From Nitrospirota bacterium (GTDB lineage: Bacteria; Nitrospirota; UBA9217), in assembly GCA_963840455.1 (NCBI GenBank), contig CAWIYV010000010.1, forward strand, positions 64,001-128,000: DNA of 64,000 bases. Direction: 5' to 3'. The notes beneath the pieces were generated by a model. The model ran no database searches. It was not told where the DNA came from and saw only the letters and a program-made list of their open reading frames with translations. How positions within the stretch are numbered: position 1 is the stretch's first letter; each line of letters begins with the position of its first letter. Made by a program: the position numbers and the translations under genes. Positions 20,711 through 31,970 of this stretch are shown here, piece after piece.

Positions 20711-20812
20711 TGGATTCACGATGATACCGGAACACCGCTCATCCATCGTGCAATGTCGGGATGATGTCTATTGCCTTCCTCTGCGTCCTCTGCGGTGAGT
20801 ACGCCGTTCGCC

Positions 20813-21412
20813 TTACTGGGTCCTCACCAGGTCCATTCGTTTCACGAGCGAGCGGGACAGGTCGATGTGCCCCGCCAGGGTCTGGGCCTCCCTGCCGTCG
20901 ACAAGGACCCTGACTTGGCGAACCTCGGGGAAGTTCTGGGTCACGGTGTTCACCAGGGCATAGACAGCGAGAAGCTCCTCCTGCGCAGAGGCCCGGATCT
21001 CCTTCTGGCCCGCGGTGACAAGCGACAGGTCCAGATAGACGGTACCTGCTGCGTCGAGATACAGGGCCCGGAGCTTCAGCTCCTTCAGGACCGCTGCCTT
21101 CCCTCCTTGATCTCCGGCAAGGACAGCGGCAACCGCCTCCCGCGCCTGGAGCTGGACATCCGGCTCCCGTTTGACCGCGACAACGGCTGCGCCGAGCTTC
21201 CCCTCTGCGGGAAGGTACAACGTCGCCATGAACGGCTCGTTCGGCTTCGCTGCCGGTGCGGTCTCCTGCTGCTGTACCTGCACGGGCTGCGGCGCCCCTG
21301 CTGTTCGGAACCAGAGGTAGGCCCCGCCGCCGGCGGCGACCAGGGCAGTGGCTATAACGGCCATGGCCAGCCTTCCGCTGCCCGGCAGGCGTCTATCGTT
21401 TCTCTCTGACAT
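20813..21412 (-). CDS. GerMN domain protein
   Basis: N-terminal TM; VYLDLS...EEL.AVYALVNTV...V.VLVDG...TLAGHIDL. Confidence 0.88.
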   Translation of the reverse strand: MSERNDRRLPGSGRLAMAVIATALVAAGGGAYLWFRTAGAPQPVQVQQQETAPAAKPNEPFMATLYLPAEGKLGAAVVAVKREPDVQLQAREAVAAVLAGDQGGKAAVLKELKLRALYLDAAGTVYLDLSLVTAGQKEIRASAQEELLAVYALVNTVTQNFPEVRQVRVLVDGREAQTLAGHIDLSRSLVKRMDLVRTQ

Positions 21413-22415
21413 AGTGTCCGATCTCCCGGGCGATAGCCTCGGCCGCCTTCCCGCGGTTCATGGCCATGCCGGTCTCTATGAGCACGGCAGCCGCATCAAC
21501 GGCCTTGAGCTGGGCAAGCGGCGCCTGCTCCGGCTCAGCAGCCTCGCTCGCCGTCAGCACCCGGACCATGCTCCTGCCGAACCTGCCGCTTTCCTGGGCG
21601 TGCCTGGCCTGCTGGGTCCCCCAGAGCACCTGCTGCTGCTCGCTCATAGCGTCATACCCCAGGAAATCGGAGGGACCGCCGGAGGAGGATGATGTCTGGC
21701 CCTCGTCGGGATCAAGAATGAAAACGCGGGCGTCATGCCCGAGCGCAACGTGCAGGCTCACGAACAGAACGGCGCCGGCGGCGTTGGCGAACCCAGACCG
21801 CTCGTCCGGGGTCATTTGCTGGTCCTGCTCCCGCGTGAGGAGCACCGTCATCTTTATGCCGCTCGCTTTCAGAATTTTCCTGACGGCGTTTGCCAGATCG
21901 AGCGTGAGCGCTTTTTCCACGCCCTGGACCGCGACGATGCCGGTATCCGCGCCTCCGTGCCCCGCATCGATCACGACAACGGGGGCCTTTGCCGCAAGGG
22001 CCTCCGGCACCTCTGCGGGCGCCGCGCCCCGACGCACGTCGACGACGATCCGGTCGGGCCCGCGAAGAACGAAATCCTTGGCGTCGCCGGCCGCCGGGCC
22101 AAGTGTGATGATGATCGATCGGTGGTCGCGTTCCTGGCGAAGCTCCATGCCCTTCACTACGCCGTCGTTGATCAACGGGAGCTGCGGCGACCTGAGGACG
22201 AACGGCCCGCCGTAGGAGCTGAAATAGAGCGTCTTCCCGTCGCCCGATCTCGTCAGGACATAGGGTGCCGCCTCTTCGGCCTCGAACACGATGCGCGTGA
22301 AGCCGGGGTAGGTAAAATACCGGACACCCCTGACCGTAAGCCCCTTGTCCGCAAGAGCAGCGGCCGCGGGGACAGCGATCAGGAACGCGCAGAGAATTCC
22401 AGCAATGGTCCGCAT
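21393..22415 (-). CDS. AMIN-domain N-acetylmuramoyl-L-alanine amidase (Amidase_3)
   Basis: signal peptide, TRIVFE / PDRIVVD AMIN domain, IDAGHGG, EK, SLH, LIETG. Confidence 0.88.
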   Translation of the reverse strand: MRTIAGILCAFLIAVPAAAALADKGLTVRGVRYFTYPGFTRIVFEAEEAAPYVLTRSGDGKTLYFSSYGGPFVLRSPQLPLINDGVVKGMELRQERDHRSIIITLGPAAGDAKDFVLRGPDRIVVDVRRGAAPAEVPEALAAKAPVVVIDAGHGGADTGIVAVQGVEKALTLDLANAVRKILKASGIKMTVLLTREQDQQMTPDERSGFANAAGAVLFVSLHVALGHDARVFILDPDEGQTSSSSGGPSDFLGYDAMSEQQQVLWGTQQARHAQESGRFGRSMVRVLTASEAAEPEQAPLAQLKAVDAAAVLIETGMAMNRGKAAEAIAREIGHYVREKR

Positions 22416-22579
22416 ACAGGCAGGCATAGTAACATAGCCGAAATAATTGTGCAAGGAAAAGCCCTGTAATAACGCCGGAGTAGCGCTGTCCCGCCGACAG
22501 AGAAAAAGCGCAGCGGTCGGTTGCCGGCTGTCAGGGCCCGTAGCCCCAAGACATGGCTGGAAGGCTTAAAAGGAATTGC

Positions 22580-22744
22580 ATAGACGTCAAGTTCGACATC
22601 GTCCCGAAGATGGCTGTAAATAGGCCTTCCGCGCGGCGAAGGCAAGGTCACCTGCGGCACCTGCCACGACCCGCATACGAACACCAACGGCAGCTAGCTC
22701 CGGATGAAGACCATGGACCTGGGCCAGGCATGCTCATCCCGTTA
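22580..22744 (+). pseudogene. doubled-CxxCH cytochrome c remnant
   Basis: EGKVTCGTCHDPHTNTNGS*LRMKTMDLGQAC; internal TAG, second heme motif decayed. Confidence 0.5.
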
Positions 22745-22753
22745 AAGCAGGCC

Positions 22754-22972
22754 TCAATCCTCTTCCACGCGGTAGCCGAGCTTTTCGATGCTGTCCCGCG
22801 TGAGCTTCTGCACCTGCTCTTCCGGTATTTTCCGCTCATCAAAATCGACGGCAACCGCTCCGTTCTCCACGTCCACGGCAATGACGCCGTCCATGCCGCC
22901 GATGAACCGCCGGAGCGCAAGCGAACATTCCCCGCAGAACTGTTTCTGCACCTTGAAATAGGCCTTCGTCAT
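22754..22972 (-). CDS. heavy-metal-associated (HMA/CopZ-like) protein
   Basis: 72 aa with CGEC and C-terminal IEKLGY. Confidence 0.8.
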   Translation of the reverse strand: MTKAYFKVQKQFCGECSLALRRFIGGMDGVIAVDVENGAVAVDFDERKIPEEQVQKLTRDSIEKLGYRVEED

Positions 22973-23138
22973 TGTCACCCTCCCGCACGCTGTCCCCGGG
23001 AGTATGATAATCCCGCACAACCGCACCGTCAAGCGGTAGGTCTGCCTCGATCATGGATCATTTGACTATTCCGGCATTTTCTGCTACTTTTTAGTTAAGA
23101 GACAAGAGAGAAAAAAGAGAGGATGGAGGAACGACACC

Positions 23139-23672
23139 ATGAAGATCACACCCCAGATCACGCTTAAGAACGTGCCGCATTCCGAAGCAGTAGAAGCAAA
23201 GATCCGCGAAAAGATAGGGAAATTGGACCAGTTCTCCGACAGGATCATGGGCTGCAGGGTCACGGTCGAGGAGTCCCAGCGCAGGCAGCACCAGGGCAAA
23301 CTCTACTCGGTCCGCGTCGACATCACTGTTCCGGGCAAGGAGCTGGTCGTGAACCGCATGGAGAACGAGGACCTCTATGTCGCTGTCCGGGACGCGTTCG
23401 ACGCGGCGAAGCGCCAGCTCGAGGAGCACTCCCGCAAGCGGCGCGGCGACGTCAAGGCCCACGCCGAGTCGCCCCGCGGCAAGGTTGCCAAGATATTCCC
23501 CTTCGACGGGTACGGATTCATCGTCACGAACGACGGGCGGGAGATCTACTTCCACCGCAACAGCGTCATCGAGCCGACCTTCGACCGTCTTGAAGAAGGC
23601 GCCGAGGTGGCGTTCCTGGAGGAACAGGGAAAGGAAGGGCCGCAAGCTGTCCGCGTCGCGGCAAGCAGGTAG
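23139..23672 (+). CDS. HPF/RaiA-family protein fused to a cold-shock domain
   Basis: S30AE-type N-domain (DLYVAVRDAF) plus GYGFI...EIYFHRNSV...GPQA. Confidence 0.9.
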   Translation: MKITPQITLKNVPHSEAVEAKIREKIGKLDQFSDRIMGCRVTVEESQRRQHQGKLYSVRVDITVPGKELVVNRMENEDLYVAVRDAFDAAKRQLEEHSRKRRGDVKAHAESPRGKVAKIFPFDGYGFIVTNDGREIYFHRNSVIEPTFDRLEEGAEVAFLEEQGKEGPQAVRVAASR

Positions 23673-24118
23673 GAACTACGCGGGGTACTCTCCGACATGG
23701 GGAAGATGAAGCCTGTGATGAGTTGATTCATATCCCGGCTGCTATCGTTGAAGGGCCGGGATATTTTTTTCTCCGGGAATACGTCATCGAGGACGGGAAC
23801 AGGCGTACCCTTGTACCTGTGCGGCCTGATCTCCCCGCCATCCACCTTATGAGGCAGAAAACCGTCCTCACGTCCCACCGCACTGCATATTCGTTCTGCT
23901 CCTTGTCATAGCAGAGTTCGAACCCGAGACACCATCGCAATCATCGAACCAGTCCGTCAGATCTATGCCCTTAGAGGAAAAGGGACCTCCACCGTGCATC
24001 ACCGGCGACCTGTCAAACATCGCGGCTTTCCTTCAATCTTGCATTCCTTCGAATGGAGAGCGTCGAAGTGATCGGCACGTGATCCATAAAAGCCGAGATG
24101 TGTGTCAAAAAAGCTTTT

Positions 24119-24934
24119 TCATGCCTTCGTGCCGATGGTGAACAGCACGCCAACGTCCAGCCATATCCCCTCCGTCGTCGCGAGCGCGGCAATCTCCTCA
24201 AGATGTTCCCTCCGGAACCGTTCCTGCTCAAATGGCGTGAGCTGGCCCACGAGCCTGCGGAACCCGGCGTTCCAGATGACTTCCCACCAGGCATGCGCAT
24301 CTTCGAGAAAATATCCGACGTTCCTAGCCACCACCTGGACATCCCGGAACCCCGCCTGTTCGAACAGGTCCCGGCATCCCGCCTCTGTCGCGATGCGCTT
24401 CCAGGTATGGGTCGGTTCTTGCACGCCACAGCCAGCGAGCCGGTCGAACATCAGGTCCACAAGCGGACGGAATAGATCTTCCTTAAATCCGGAGATCGCA
24501 ACCTGACCGCCAGACTTGACCGTTCCCGCGATATGCGCCAGTTGGCCGGCCATGTCTTCGACAAAAAATATCCCGAATGCGCAAACCGCAACATCAAACT
24601 GGCTCGCCGGAAAGCCCAATTCCTGCATGTCCCGCTCGATGAACTCTATGTTCCGGACATTCATTGAAGCGGCCTTCCTGCGTGCCTGTTCCAGCATGCC
24701 CGGAGAAAAATCCACTGCCGTCACACGGCCTTTGGGCAGGCGGCCGGCCAAAGCCAGCGCTGCATGGCCCGTGCCGGTTGCAACATCGAGGACCTGCTCG
24801 TCACCATGAAGGCTAAGGATGGCGGCAAGGTGTTCAGCGCTCTCGGGAAAGAACCTTAGCGCATTACCGTCGTAGCCGGTCGAGACGGTGTTGAAGGTTT
24901 CCTTGAGGAATGCTTTGCGCTGTTGTTCGTCCAC
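24119..24934 (-). CDS. class I SAM-dependent methyltransferase
   Basis: VLDVATGTG, VDFSPGML, FDVAVCAFG. Confidence 0.9.
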   Translation of the reverse strand: MDEQQRKAFLKETFNTVSTGYDGNALRFFPESAEHLAAILSLHGDEQVLDVATGTGHAALALAGRLPKGRVTAVDFSPGMLEQARRKAASMNVRNIEFIERDMQELGFPASQFDVAVCAFGIFFVEDMAGQLAHIAGTVKSGGQVAISGFKEDLFRPLVDLMFDRLAGCGVQEPTHTWKRIATEAGCRDLFEQAGFRDVQVVARNVGYFLEDAHAWWEVIWNAGFRRLVGQLTPFEQERFRREHLEEIAALATTEGIWLDVGVLFTIGTKA

Positions 24935-25065
24935 GGGAGGGAGTTTCCGGACCGCCTGTCCTCGTTCCTTATCAGAACCGGCAGGACCCGAGGGAAGGCA
25001 TGGTCAAACCGGAACGGCCAACGCCGGCAACGGGAGCAGCGCCGGTGCGCTCTCGGGAAAGATTG

Positions 25066-26526
25066 TCAGGTGGTTTCGCGGAGGGGGATCTTCAGCTTCT
25101 GACCGGTACGGATCACGCGGCCGCTTTTCAGGTTGTTCGCGTCCATGATCCGATTGATGCTGGTATGATATCTGATCGCGATAGTGGACAAGGTCTCTCC
25201 CCGCCGCACGCGATGAACGACAAACGAGGACTTCGGCGGGGACCATTTCGGCAGCGTCGCTGCGGCTGCCACGACCGCTTCCCGCGACCCCGGCGGGACC
25301 TTCAGGTCATAGGCGGTTCCGGGCGTGGCAGCATGACGCAGCTCCGGGTTCAGCACTGCCAGGTCTTCGTACGCGCAGCCGGCCTTCTCGGCAAGCTTTT
25401 CCAGATGGACCGGCCGATCGATCACCGCGATCTCGTAGGGAAACGGATTGTCCGTTCCTTCAAGCGTGAATCCGTATTTTGCCGGGTCCTTCACGATGGC
25501 CAGGACCGCGAGGAACCGGGGATAGTATCTGGCCGTCTCCCGCGGAAGCCGTTCATAGAGGTCCCAGAAATTATCCAGGTAGTTGATCTTCTGCTGCCGG
25601 ATGACCCGCAGAACATTGCCTTCCCCGCAGTTGTACGCGGCAAGGACCGTCGCCCAATCGCCGAAGATCTGGTGCAGTTCGTTCAGATAGGCAATGGCTG
25701 CCCTGGTGGACTTTTCCGGATCCAGCCGCTCATCGACCCATTCGTTCCGCTTCAGGCCGAACTTGTAGCCTGTTGACGGGATGAACTGCCAGAGGCCGAG
25801 CGCCCGGGCCCGGGAGAGGGCTTTCGTCTTGAATCCGCTCTCGATGAGCGGAAGCCAGGCAAGGTCCTCGGGCATTCCGGCGTCCCGGATCATCTGCGCG
25901 AACTGTTCCCGGTACCTGCCGGACCTCTCGTAGGATTCCAGGAAAAAATCACGCTCCACGGTCTGAAAGAGCCTGATCTCCCGCTCCACATGATCATTGA
26001 TCGTGATCGGGATCTCTTTGCCGTTGCCGTTCACCGACGTGAACCGGGAAGCGTAGATCTCCGTCAGCCGCTTGGAGATCACGAACCGGAGGTCCTCCTT
26101 CTGCTGGACGGCCTTGGCGTCGGCATCTGAGGGCACCTTCAGGATGACGGCATAGGCCTGGTCGAGCGCTTCGATCGCCCGGTCCCGGTCCCCCGCCGCC
26201 CAGTGCTCCTGGGACGCGTCGATCAGCTCCAGTGCGGCATCGAGAACGCTCTCATCAGTCGGATCAACGTCCGTGTCGTCCTCCGCCGCGGCCTCGGGGT
26301 CCCCGGCTACAGCGTCACCCTCGGTCCGCAGCGGGGAGATTGGCGGCTCAGCCACCACCGGTGATGCTTCGGGGGCATAGGACACCGGCGACTCAGCAAC
26401 CATCGGTGACGCTTCGGGGGCATAGGACACCGGTGCCTGACCGGCCGGCAATGACGAGCAGCCCATCCCGGATGTAGAGACGAAAAGAAAGAGAGAAACG
26501 ATATATGGCGAGGATTTCGTAAGCAT
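25066..26526 (-). CDS. MltD-like lytic transglycosylase with LysM domain
   Basis: lipoprotein-like N-terminus; IESGF, A.GLWQF, AAYNCGEG; C-terminal LysM (VRRGETLSTIA). Confidence 0.92.
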   Translation of the reverse strand: MLTKSSPYIVSLFLFVSTSGMGCSSLPAGQAPVSYAPEASPMVAESPVSYAPEASPVVAEPPISPLRTEGDAVAGDPEAAAEDDTDVDPTDESVLDAALELIDASQEHWAAGDRDRAIEALDQAYAVILKVPSDADAKAVQQKEDLRFVISKRLTEIYASRFTSVNGNGKEIPITINDHVEREIRLFQTVERDFFLESYERSGRYREQFAQMIRDAGMPEDLAWLPLIESGFKTKALSRARALGLWQFIPSTGYKFGLKRNEWVDERLDPEKSTRAAIAYLNELHQIFGDWATVLAAYNCGEGNVLRVIRQQKINYLDNFWDLYERLPRETARYYPRFLAVLAIVKDPAKYGFTLEGTDNPFPYEIAVIDRPVHLEKLAEKAGCAYEDLAVLNPELRHAATPGTAYDLKVPPGSREAVVAAAATLPKWSPPKSSFVVHRVRRGETLSTIAIRYHTSINRIMDANNLKSGRVIRTGQKLKIPLRETT

Positions 26527-26862
26527 TGCTTTTGTCCGATACTACGATATCATCCGGCAAAATGCAAAGGTTTTATGAACAGGAGCGTTTTTTCTTCGGC
26601 GGCCGCAGAGGGCGAATGGCGGGGGGAATATCCATGACAGGCGTACATGGGTGCGCTGCGAAAAAAAGAACGGATGGGCAAGAGCTGTCAGGCTGTGGTA
26701 CACCGGTTCCAGGAGCGAGCGCACTCCCGCAGCTTGCTTCAGGGAGCTTCAACGGGGGCCTCGTTGGGGTCAGACGTCACCGGTGATGGACTTCTGAACA
26801 CTGCCACAAGATAGTGGATCCAGATATTCTCACAAAGTCTTCGCGGCCCTGTACAATCTCCT

Positions 26863-27822
26863 CTACCAGCTTCCCGACGCTCCGCCGCCGCCTGATGACC
26901 CGCCCCCGCCGGAAAAGCCGCCGCCGCCGCCCGAGCTCCAGCCTCCACCCCCGCCAAAGCCGCCGGACATGAACGTGAATCCGCCGATGGAGGTGCGGCC
27001 CTTGGAACGGAGGTCCGCCCCCGCCTTCCTGTACCAGTCCGAGTTCCTGAGCATGAGCTTGGCAATGGGGAAGCCCGCCAGATAGGTGATGAGCAGAGTG
27101 AGCGCGCCTGACGTACCGACCACCATGATCGGGAACATAGCCCAGAAAGGGATGAGAAAAAAGTAGAGGAACCACCCGGCCCCGGGCGTCACGATGCCGA
27201 TGACGGTGAACAGACCGATGATGCCGAAGATGAACGCGCCGATGAGGATCCGCTCGGTGAGAGACATGTCCGGGGGCTCGATGTGGAGGCCCGAAGAGGT
27301 CTTGCCCACTCCACCTGCGCTGCCTTCGCCGGACGGTGCTTCGCCTTTCTCCAGAAGGTCGAGAATGGCCTGCACGCCGGCATCGATGCCGCCGTTGTAG
27401 TCCCCGGTCTTGAAACGGGGCGTCATGACGTTCCGGACGATCCTGCCGGCCGCGAGGTCGGTGAGCGTGCCTTCGAGACCGTATCCGACCTCGATGCGCA
27501 TGCGCCGGTCCTTCGGCGCCACGATGATCAGGACGCCGTTGTCCTTGCCTTTCTTGCCGAGCTTCCAGGACTCGAAGACCTTGACGGCGTATTCCTCGAT
27601 GTTCTCGCCTTCAAGCGAGGGGACCGTGAGCACGGCAATCTGGTCGCCTGTCCTTTCCTCGTGCGCCTTGAGCCGCTCTGTGATCGACCGTCGTGTACCG
27701 TCGTTCAGGACCTCCGCGTTGTCGGTCACGCGGCCGGAGAGGAAAGGCACCTCCAGCGCCGCGGAACTGATAGCCGACAGGAGCATTGCCGCCAGGAGCG
27801 TGTTCTTGAGAATTATTCTCAT
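26863..27822 (-). CDS. TPM-domain protein (YgcG-like)
   Basis: RVTDNA, DNGVL, RIEVGYGLEG, Gly-rich tail ending GASGSW. Confidence 0.92.
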   Translation of the reverse strand: MRIILKNTLLAAMLLSAISSAALEVPFLSGRVTDNAEVLNDGTRRSITERLKAHEERTGDQIAVLTVPSLEGENIEEYAVKVFESWKLGKKGKDNGVLIIVAPKDRRMRIEVGYGLEGTLTDLAAGRIVRNVMTPRFKTGDYNGGIDAGVQAILDLLEKGEAPSGEGSAGGVGKTSSGLHIEPPDMSLTERILIGAFIFGIIGLFTVIGIVTPGAGWFLYFFLIPFWAMFPIMVVGTSGALTLLITYLAGFPIAKLMLRNSDWYRKAGADLRSKGRTSIGGFTFMSGGFGGGGGWSSGGGGGFSGGGGSSGGGGASGSW

Positions 27823-28469
27823 GAGCCTTTCTCCTCGACGATCGCATTGGGGAGCTCGTCCTCGGCCGCAGCCGCAACCGCCGTGGCTCCCAGGACCTCT
27901 TCCAGGCCGGCCAGCCCCGCTTCAAAGGCTATCGCGACCCGGCCCGACGCGAGAAGCGACGTCATGCGCGTGATGATCCCCTGCGAAGCCTCCCGGCCGA
28001 GGCGTTTGGACAACCCGGTGTCGGGAAGCATGATGACCTGCCGCTCGAACAGGCTGACGAGCAGCAGGATGCCCCTCCGCCCGCGCGTGGCGAAGACCTC
28101 GCGGGAGAGGAACAGGGACTCTGCGTACTGCCGCGTCTCCACCTCTGCGCGATGGGCATCGAGGAAGAGGCGGGCAAAGCCCGGCAGGCTGACGCAGGCC
28201 AGCGCGCAGGCAGCGCCGGCGATGAGCGTGGCCGTCACGGCGAGCAGCACCGCGGTCGATGAGTGCCATCCGGGCCGCAGCAGGTCCAGCGCGGTGACCG
28301 CAAGGCCGGCACCGGCCGCTCCCAGCGCGAATGCCTTCCAGGGTAGTTCGGCATAGACGTCGCTGCGCTCGACGACTGCGAGCACGATCTGGGTGCCTGT
28401 CCGCTTCTCTGCATCGGCGATGCGCCTGTCAAGCTGCTGCCGTTCCTGTTCGGTCAGGGGATGTTTCAT
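27819..28469 (-). CDS. TPM-domain membrane protein
   Basis: AEKRT...GILL.VS.FERQV...D.G...DELPN; lies in the lemA operon. Confidence 0.88.
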   Translation of the reverse strand: MKHPLTEQERQQLDRRIADAEKRTGTQIVLAVVERSDVYAELPWKAFALGAAGAGLAVTALDLLRPGWHSSTAVLLAVTATLIAGAACALACVSLPGFARLFLDAHRAEVETRQYAESLFLSREVFATRGRRGILLLVSLFERQVIMLPDTGLSKRLGREASQGIITRMTSLLASGRVAIAFEAGLAGLEEVLGATAVAAAAEDELPNAIVEEKGS

Positions 28470-28627
28470 GAGGTGATTGCTCCGATAAAGTCAAAGAACG
28501 CCAATGAACAACCTTTGACACAGATAAAAGCTGATCAATGACCATGAAGCAGCCTGATCAGGCTGGGTGTCTTCATGCGTCTTCATAGCATCATTCAAAA
28601 TCTACAGCGCCGGAAATGAACCCGTCG

Positions 28628-29215
28628 TTACATCTCTACCTTCGGCGCTTTCGCCGCGCCTTCCTCGGCTTTAAAGGATTCCTTCAGCTTCAGGTGGAGC
28701 AGCAGGCTGTTCGTCAGGTTGTTCGGAAAGATCCGGATGGAGGTGTTGAAGGTCTCCACGGCCTTGTTGTACCGCGAGCGCGCCACGTTGATCCGGTTCT
28801 CCGTTCCTTCCAGCTGGCCCTGCAGGTCCATGAAGTTCTGGTTCGCCTTGAGATCGGGATACTTCTCGACCACGACCATGAGCCGTGACAGCGAACTGCT
28901 GAGCGCGCCCTGGGCCTGCTGGAACTGCGCCAGCGCCTGCGGGTCCTCGAGCATGGCACTCGATATCTTCACCTGGCCGACCTTTGCCCGGGCCTCGGTC
29001 ACGGCGGTCAAGGTCTCCCGCTCGTGCTTCGCGTAGGCTTTGACGACCGTCACGAGGTTCGGGATCAGGTCGGCACGGCGCTGGTATGCCGATTCCACGT
29101 CCCCCCACGCCGCCTTGACCGCCTCCTCGTTGGCCTGCATGGCGTTGTACCCGCAGCCGGAAAGTAGCGAGGCGATCGAAACAATGAGCATGGCCAGCAC
29201 GATACGGATCTTCAT
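28628..29215 (-). CDS. lemA: LemA family protein
   Basis: [36 protein letters not shown]. Confidence 0.95.
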   Translation of the reverse strand: MKIRIVLAMLIVSIASLLSGCGYNAMQANEEAVKAAWGDVESAYQRRADLIPNLVTVVKAYAKHERETLTAVTEARAKVGQVKISSAMLEDPQALAQFQQAQGALSSSLSRLMVVVEKYPDLKANQNFMDLQGQLEGTENRINVARSRYNKAVETFNTSIRIFPNNLTNSLLLHLKLKESFKAEEGAAKAPKVEM

Positions 29216-29373
29216 GTGTTCCTCCTTAATATTGGCCTTCCGCTTTCAGGGTTCGACCTGCCGGCGGTTTTGCCTGCCGGCAGGCTGACCAGTAATGGAT
29301 ACTGCGAAGACGTTCCCTTGCCGCAAAACGCACGAAGCTGGCTGTCTTCGCATCAATGCGGTCGTGTCACCGA

Positions 29374-29559
29374 TCACTCGATCTTCTTGAACATCTTCTT
29401 GCCCGCGCCGCAGGACGGGCACTTCCAGTCATCAGGCAGGTCCTCGAACCGCGTGCCTGGAGGGATCTTGCCTTTCCGGTCACCTTTTGCGGGATTATAA
29501 ATGTAACCGCAGTTACCTATCTGGCACTGCCACATGCCGCCGAGATCTTCATCTGACAT
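29374..29559 (-). CDS. rubredoxin
   Basis: [10 protein letters not shown]...[16 protein letters not shown]; AGGAGG RBS. Confidence 0.92.
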   Translation of the reverse strand: MSDEDLGGMWQCQIGNCGYIYNPAKGDRKGKIPPGTRFEDLPDDWKCPSCGAGKKMFKKIE

Positions 29560-29605
29560 GCAATTCCTCCTGAGGATGCTTCTCCCCGATAGCGCATCCC
29601 CTGCT

Positions 29606-30349
29606 TCACGCTTGTCCCGCTGCCGGACCGGACGGGATGATACCCGCACCGAGCTGCTCATGGATGAAAAACCGGAGCAAGGCGCTGTCCGTGGGCGCAA
29701 TGTCCACGAACTTCATCCCCATGCCCGGTTCGCAAAAAGGCCCCTTCTCGAAGGAGACGATGTACAGCACTTCCGCCCGGAGGTCCACCGTCCGGTCCCC
29801 GAAGGAGATGCTCACCCCGGTGCGCGCCTTCACCGCCCGGGGTTCCAGGGTCCGGAAGAACATCCCGTATTGCGACAGGACCGTGACGTATCCCTCGGTC
29901 CCGCCGTGCTCGTCCCGCAGCTCCGCCGGCAGGGCGGTGGGGATCCGGATGTTCTTGCGCGAGCCACCCTCGGTCGCCTTCTGGATGACCTGGAACACAT
30001 CGTCCGGGTTGACGGGAGTCCGGAGCAGGCCGGCCAGTTCGCCCCGCGAGAGCTGTTTTTCGAGGTCCCGGTCCTGTCCGCTCACCACCAGGATGAGCGG
30101 CATGTCCCGGAACCGGACATCGGCCTTGAGCCGCGCCGCCAGCTCTTTGCCGACCGCCCCTCCCTCGGCAAAAACTGCCGCGGCAGGCGCCACGCACAGG
30201 AACTCGACGCCCTCACGGGCGCTGCTCGTGCTCGCAACGGTGTAGCCGAACCGCTGCAGGAGCATGCTGAGGGTGAACCGGTCGTTCCAGTCCGAGTCCA
30301 CCACCAGGATATACCGCATCTGCCCGCTCACCAGTGCAGGTTCGCTCAT
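29606..30349 (-). CDS. REC-like + PilZ domain protein
   Basis: ILVVD receiver fold with Glu at the phospho-site; RKNIR and GMGMKF PilZ motifs. Confidence 0.85.
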   Translation of the reverse strand: MSEPALVSGQMRYILVVDSDWNDRFTLSMLLQRFGYTVASTSSAREGVEFLCVAPAAAVFAEGGAVGKELAARLKADVRFRDMPLILVVSGQDRDLEKQLSRGELAGLLRTPVNPDDVFQVIQKATEGGSRKNIRIPTALPAELRDEHGGTEGYVTVLSQYGMFFRTLEPRAVKARTGVSISFGDRTVDLRAEVLYIVSFEKGPFCEPGMGMKFVDIAPTDSALLRFFIHEQLGAGIIPSGPAAGQA

Positions 30350-30493
30350 AGTAATTCTCCGCAGACGAAGAAAAGGATGCAGACGAAAGGTCAGGGAATG
30401 TTGCTAACGCAGGGCCTCCAACGGAACAACTGCCGGTCCTCGATGACCTTGACGGCCGCGAACATCGCGCGAAGTACGATTCCGGGCCTCCGC

Positions 30494-31252
30494 CTATTCG
30501 CTTTCCGCCGCGATGCCGCGCGTCACCTCGTCGTGAATGAACTTCCGGAGGATCTCGCGTGTCTCAGGCGCGATCACCGTGAACCTGACTGCCATGCCCG
30601 GGTCCCGGAACGGCCCTTCACCGGCCCGGCGACTATGCATGACCACAGCGTCGGCATTAAGGTTGCGGCCATTGATGTTCAGCTCGATAGACACCCGTTC
30701 GTTCCGGCGGGGCGGCTTGAACATCCGCACGAACACGCCGTTCTCCGAGATGTTCATGATGTATTCGCCTTTGGCGGCGTCCAGGAGGACCTTGTTCACG
30801 GAGGCCGGGAGCGTGGTCGGAATGCGGAGATACGCGCGGGGCGTGGCCTCGACAACCGCTTGGACGGCCCGGTACAGGTCCTCGGTGTGGACCGGCTTCG
30901 TGAGGCAGAGCACGCCCCCGCCGATCTCGACCGGCCGTGTTTCCACATGCGCATCGGGCCCGGGAAGGAGGAGGAGAATGGGCAGCGTGCGGACGTCGCC
31001 CTTTACATTCCTCAGCATATCCAGACCGCTCATATCGGGAAGGACCAGATCGGTGATCACGAGCGCCGGCAGGGCCACCGCGATGATATCGAGCGCCTGT
31101 TTCGCTGTCTGCGCGGTGCAGACCTGATAGGCGAACCGCTGCAGCAGCATGGAGATGCTGAACAGGTCGTCCGTGCTTGAGGTGACGACCAGAATGAAGC
31201 GGCGGGGCTTGCTGGCGATGCTCTTCAGCGTCTCGCCCGTGTTCTTTTCCAT
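30494..31252 (-). CDS. REC + PilZ domain protein
   Basis: VITDLVLPDMSG, TKP; RAYLR, NISENG, GMAVRF. Confidence 0.88.
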   Translation of the reverse strand: MEKNTGETLKSIASKPRRFILVVTSSTDDLFSISMLLQRFAYQVCTAQTAKQALDIIAVALPALVITDLVLPDMSGLDMLRNVKGDVRTLPILLLLPGPDAHVETRPVEIGGGVLCLTKPVHTEDLYRAVQAVVEATPRAYLRIPTTLPASVNKVLLDAAKGEYIMNISENGVFVRMFKPPRRNERVSIELNINGRNLNADAVVMHSRRAGEGPFRDPGMAVRFTVIAPETREILRKFIHDEVTRGIAAESE

Positions 31253-31279
31253 CAGCGCACCTTCCCGGACCTCGGCTTG

Positions 31280-31741
31280 TTATCGCCGTTTCGCCTTTAC
31301 CGGCACCACCAGCACTTTGCAGGGCGCGTGGCCGATGACCCGCGACACGGTGCTGCCCATCATGAGCCGGGTGAGCCCCGTTCGGCCGTGGCTGCCCATC
31401 ACAATGGTGCTGACCTTGCGCTTCGCCGCCTCGGCGACGATCAGTTTATAGGGCTCATCGCCCCAATGCAGGACGGTCTCGCAGGCGACGCCGGCCTTCG
31501 CCGCCTTCGCCTTGACGCCCGCGAGATATTTCCTGATGCTCCCCTCGAGCTTCTCAGCGGCGTGCGCATCCCAGAGCTCGACCTCGGTGCTCACCTCGAA
31601 CACGTGCATGACGATCAGCGTGCTCGAACAAGCTGCGGCGATATTAACCGCCTCCTGCAGCGCGGCTGCGCTGAACCCGGACCCGTCGGTAGCCACCAGC
31701 AGTTTTTCGAACCCCGGTGTCGGACATACGTTCTTCTTCAT
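31280..31741 (-). CDS. universal stress protein
   Basis: LLVATDGS, IVMGSHGRTG...MGS....V...APC.VLVV. Confidence 0.95.
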   Translation of the reverse strand: MKKNVCPTPGFEKLLVATDGSGFSAAALQEAVNIAAACSSTLIVMHVFEVSTEVELWDAHAAEKLEGSIRKYLAGVKAKAAKAGVACETVLHWGDEPYKLIVAEAAKRKVSTIVMGSHGRTGLTRLMMGSTVSRVIGHAPCKVLVVPVKAKRR

Positions 31742-31970
31742 GGAAGACCTCCTGGCCCTGCGGGTCATATGTCGTCGTTATCCGCTCTCCGGAAAGCGGG
31801 GGCGATGGGCAGAACAGGAACGCCCTTCAGCCAGCTCCTTCCGATGCGAAGAGGATACCTCACTTTCCCGGAAGGGTCAAGGGAATGCGCGGGAAACGGA
31901 TCGCGAAAAAAACCGGCAAAGTTACCTCGGCCGGCTTTACGATCCCGCTTAATAATGAGTACAGTTGCTC

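Noticed and set aside
23700-24000. Short ORFs between the HPF gene and the methyltransferase, and at 37950-38222 and 20217-20465
   Set aside because: No family motif or convincing RBS; may be decayed gene fragments
29534-31180. 548-aa plus-strand ORF and many similar long antisense ORFs
   Set aside because: They overlap well-supported genes on the opposite strand and have no family signal
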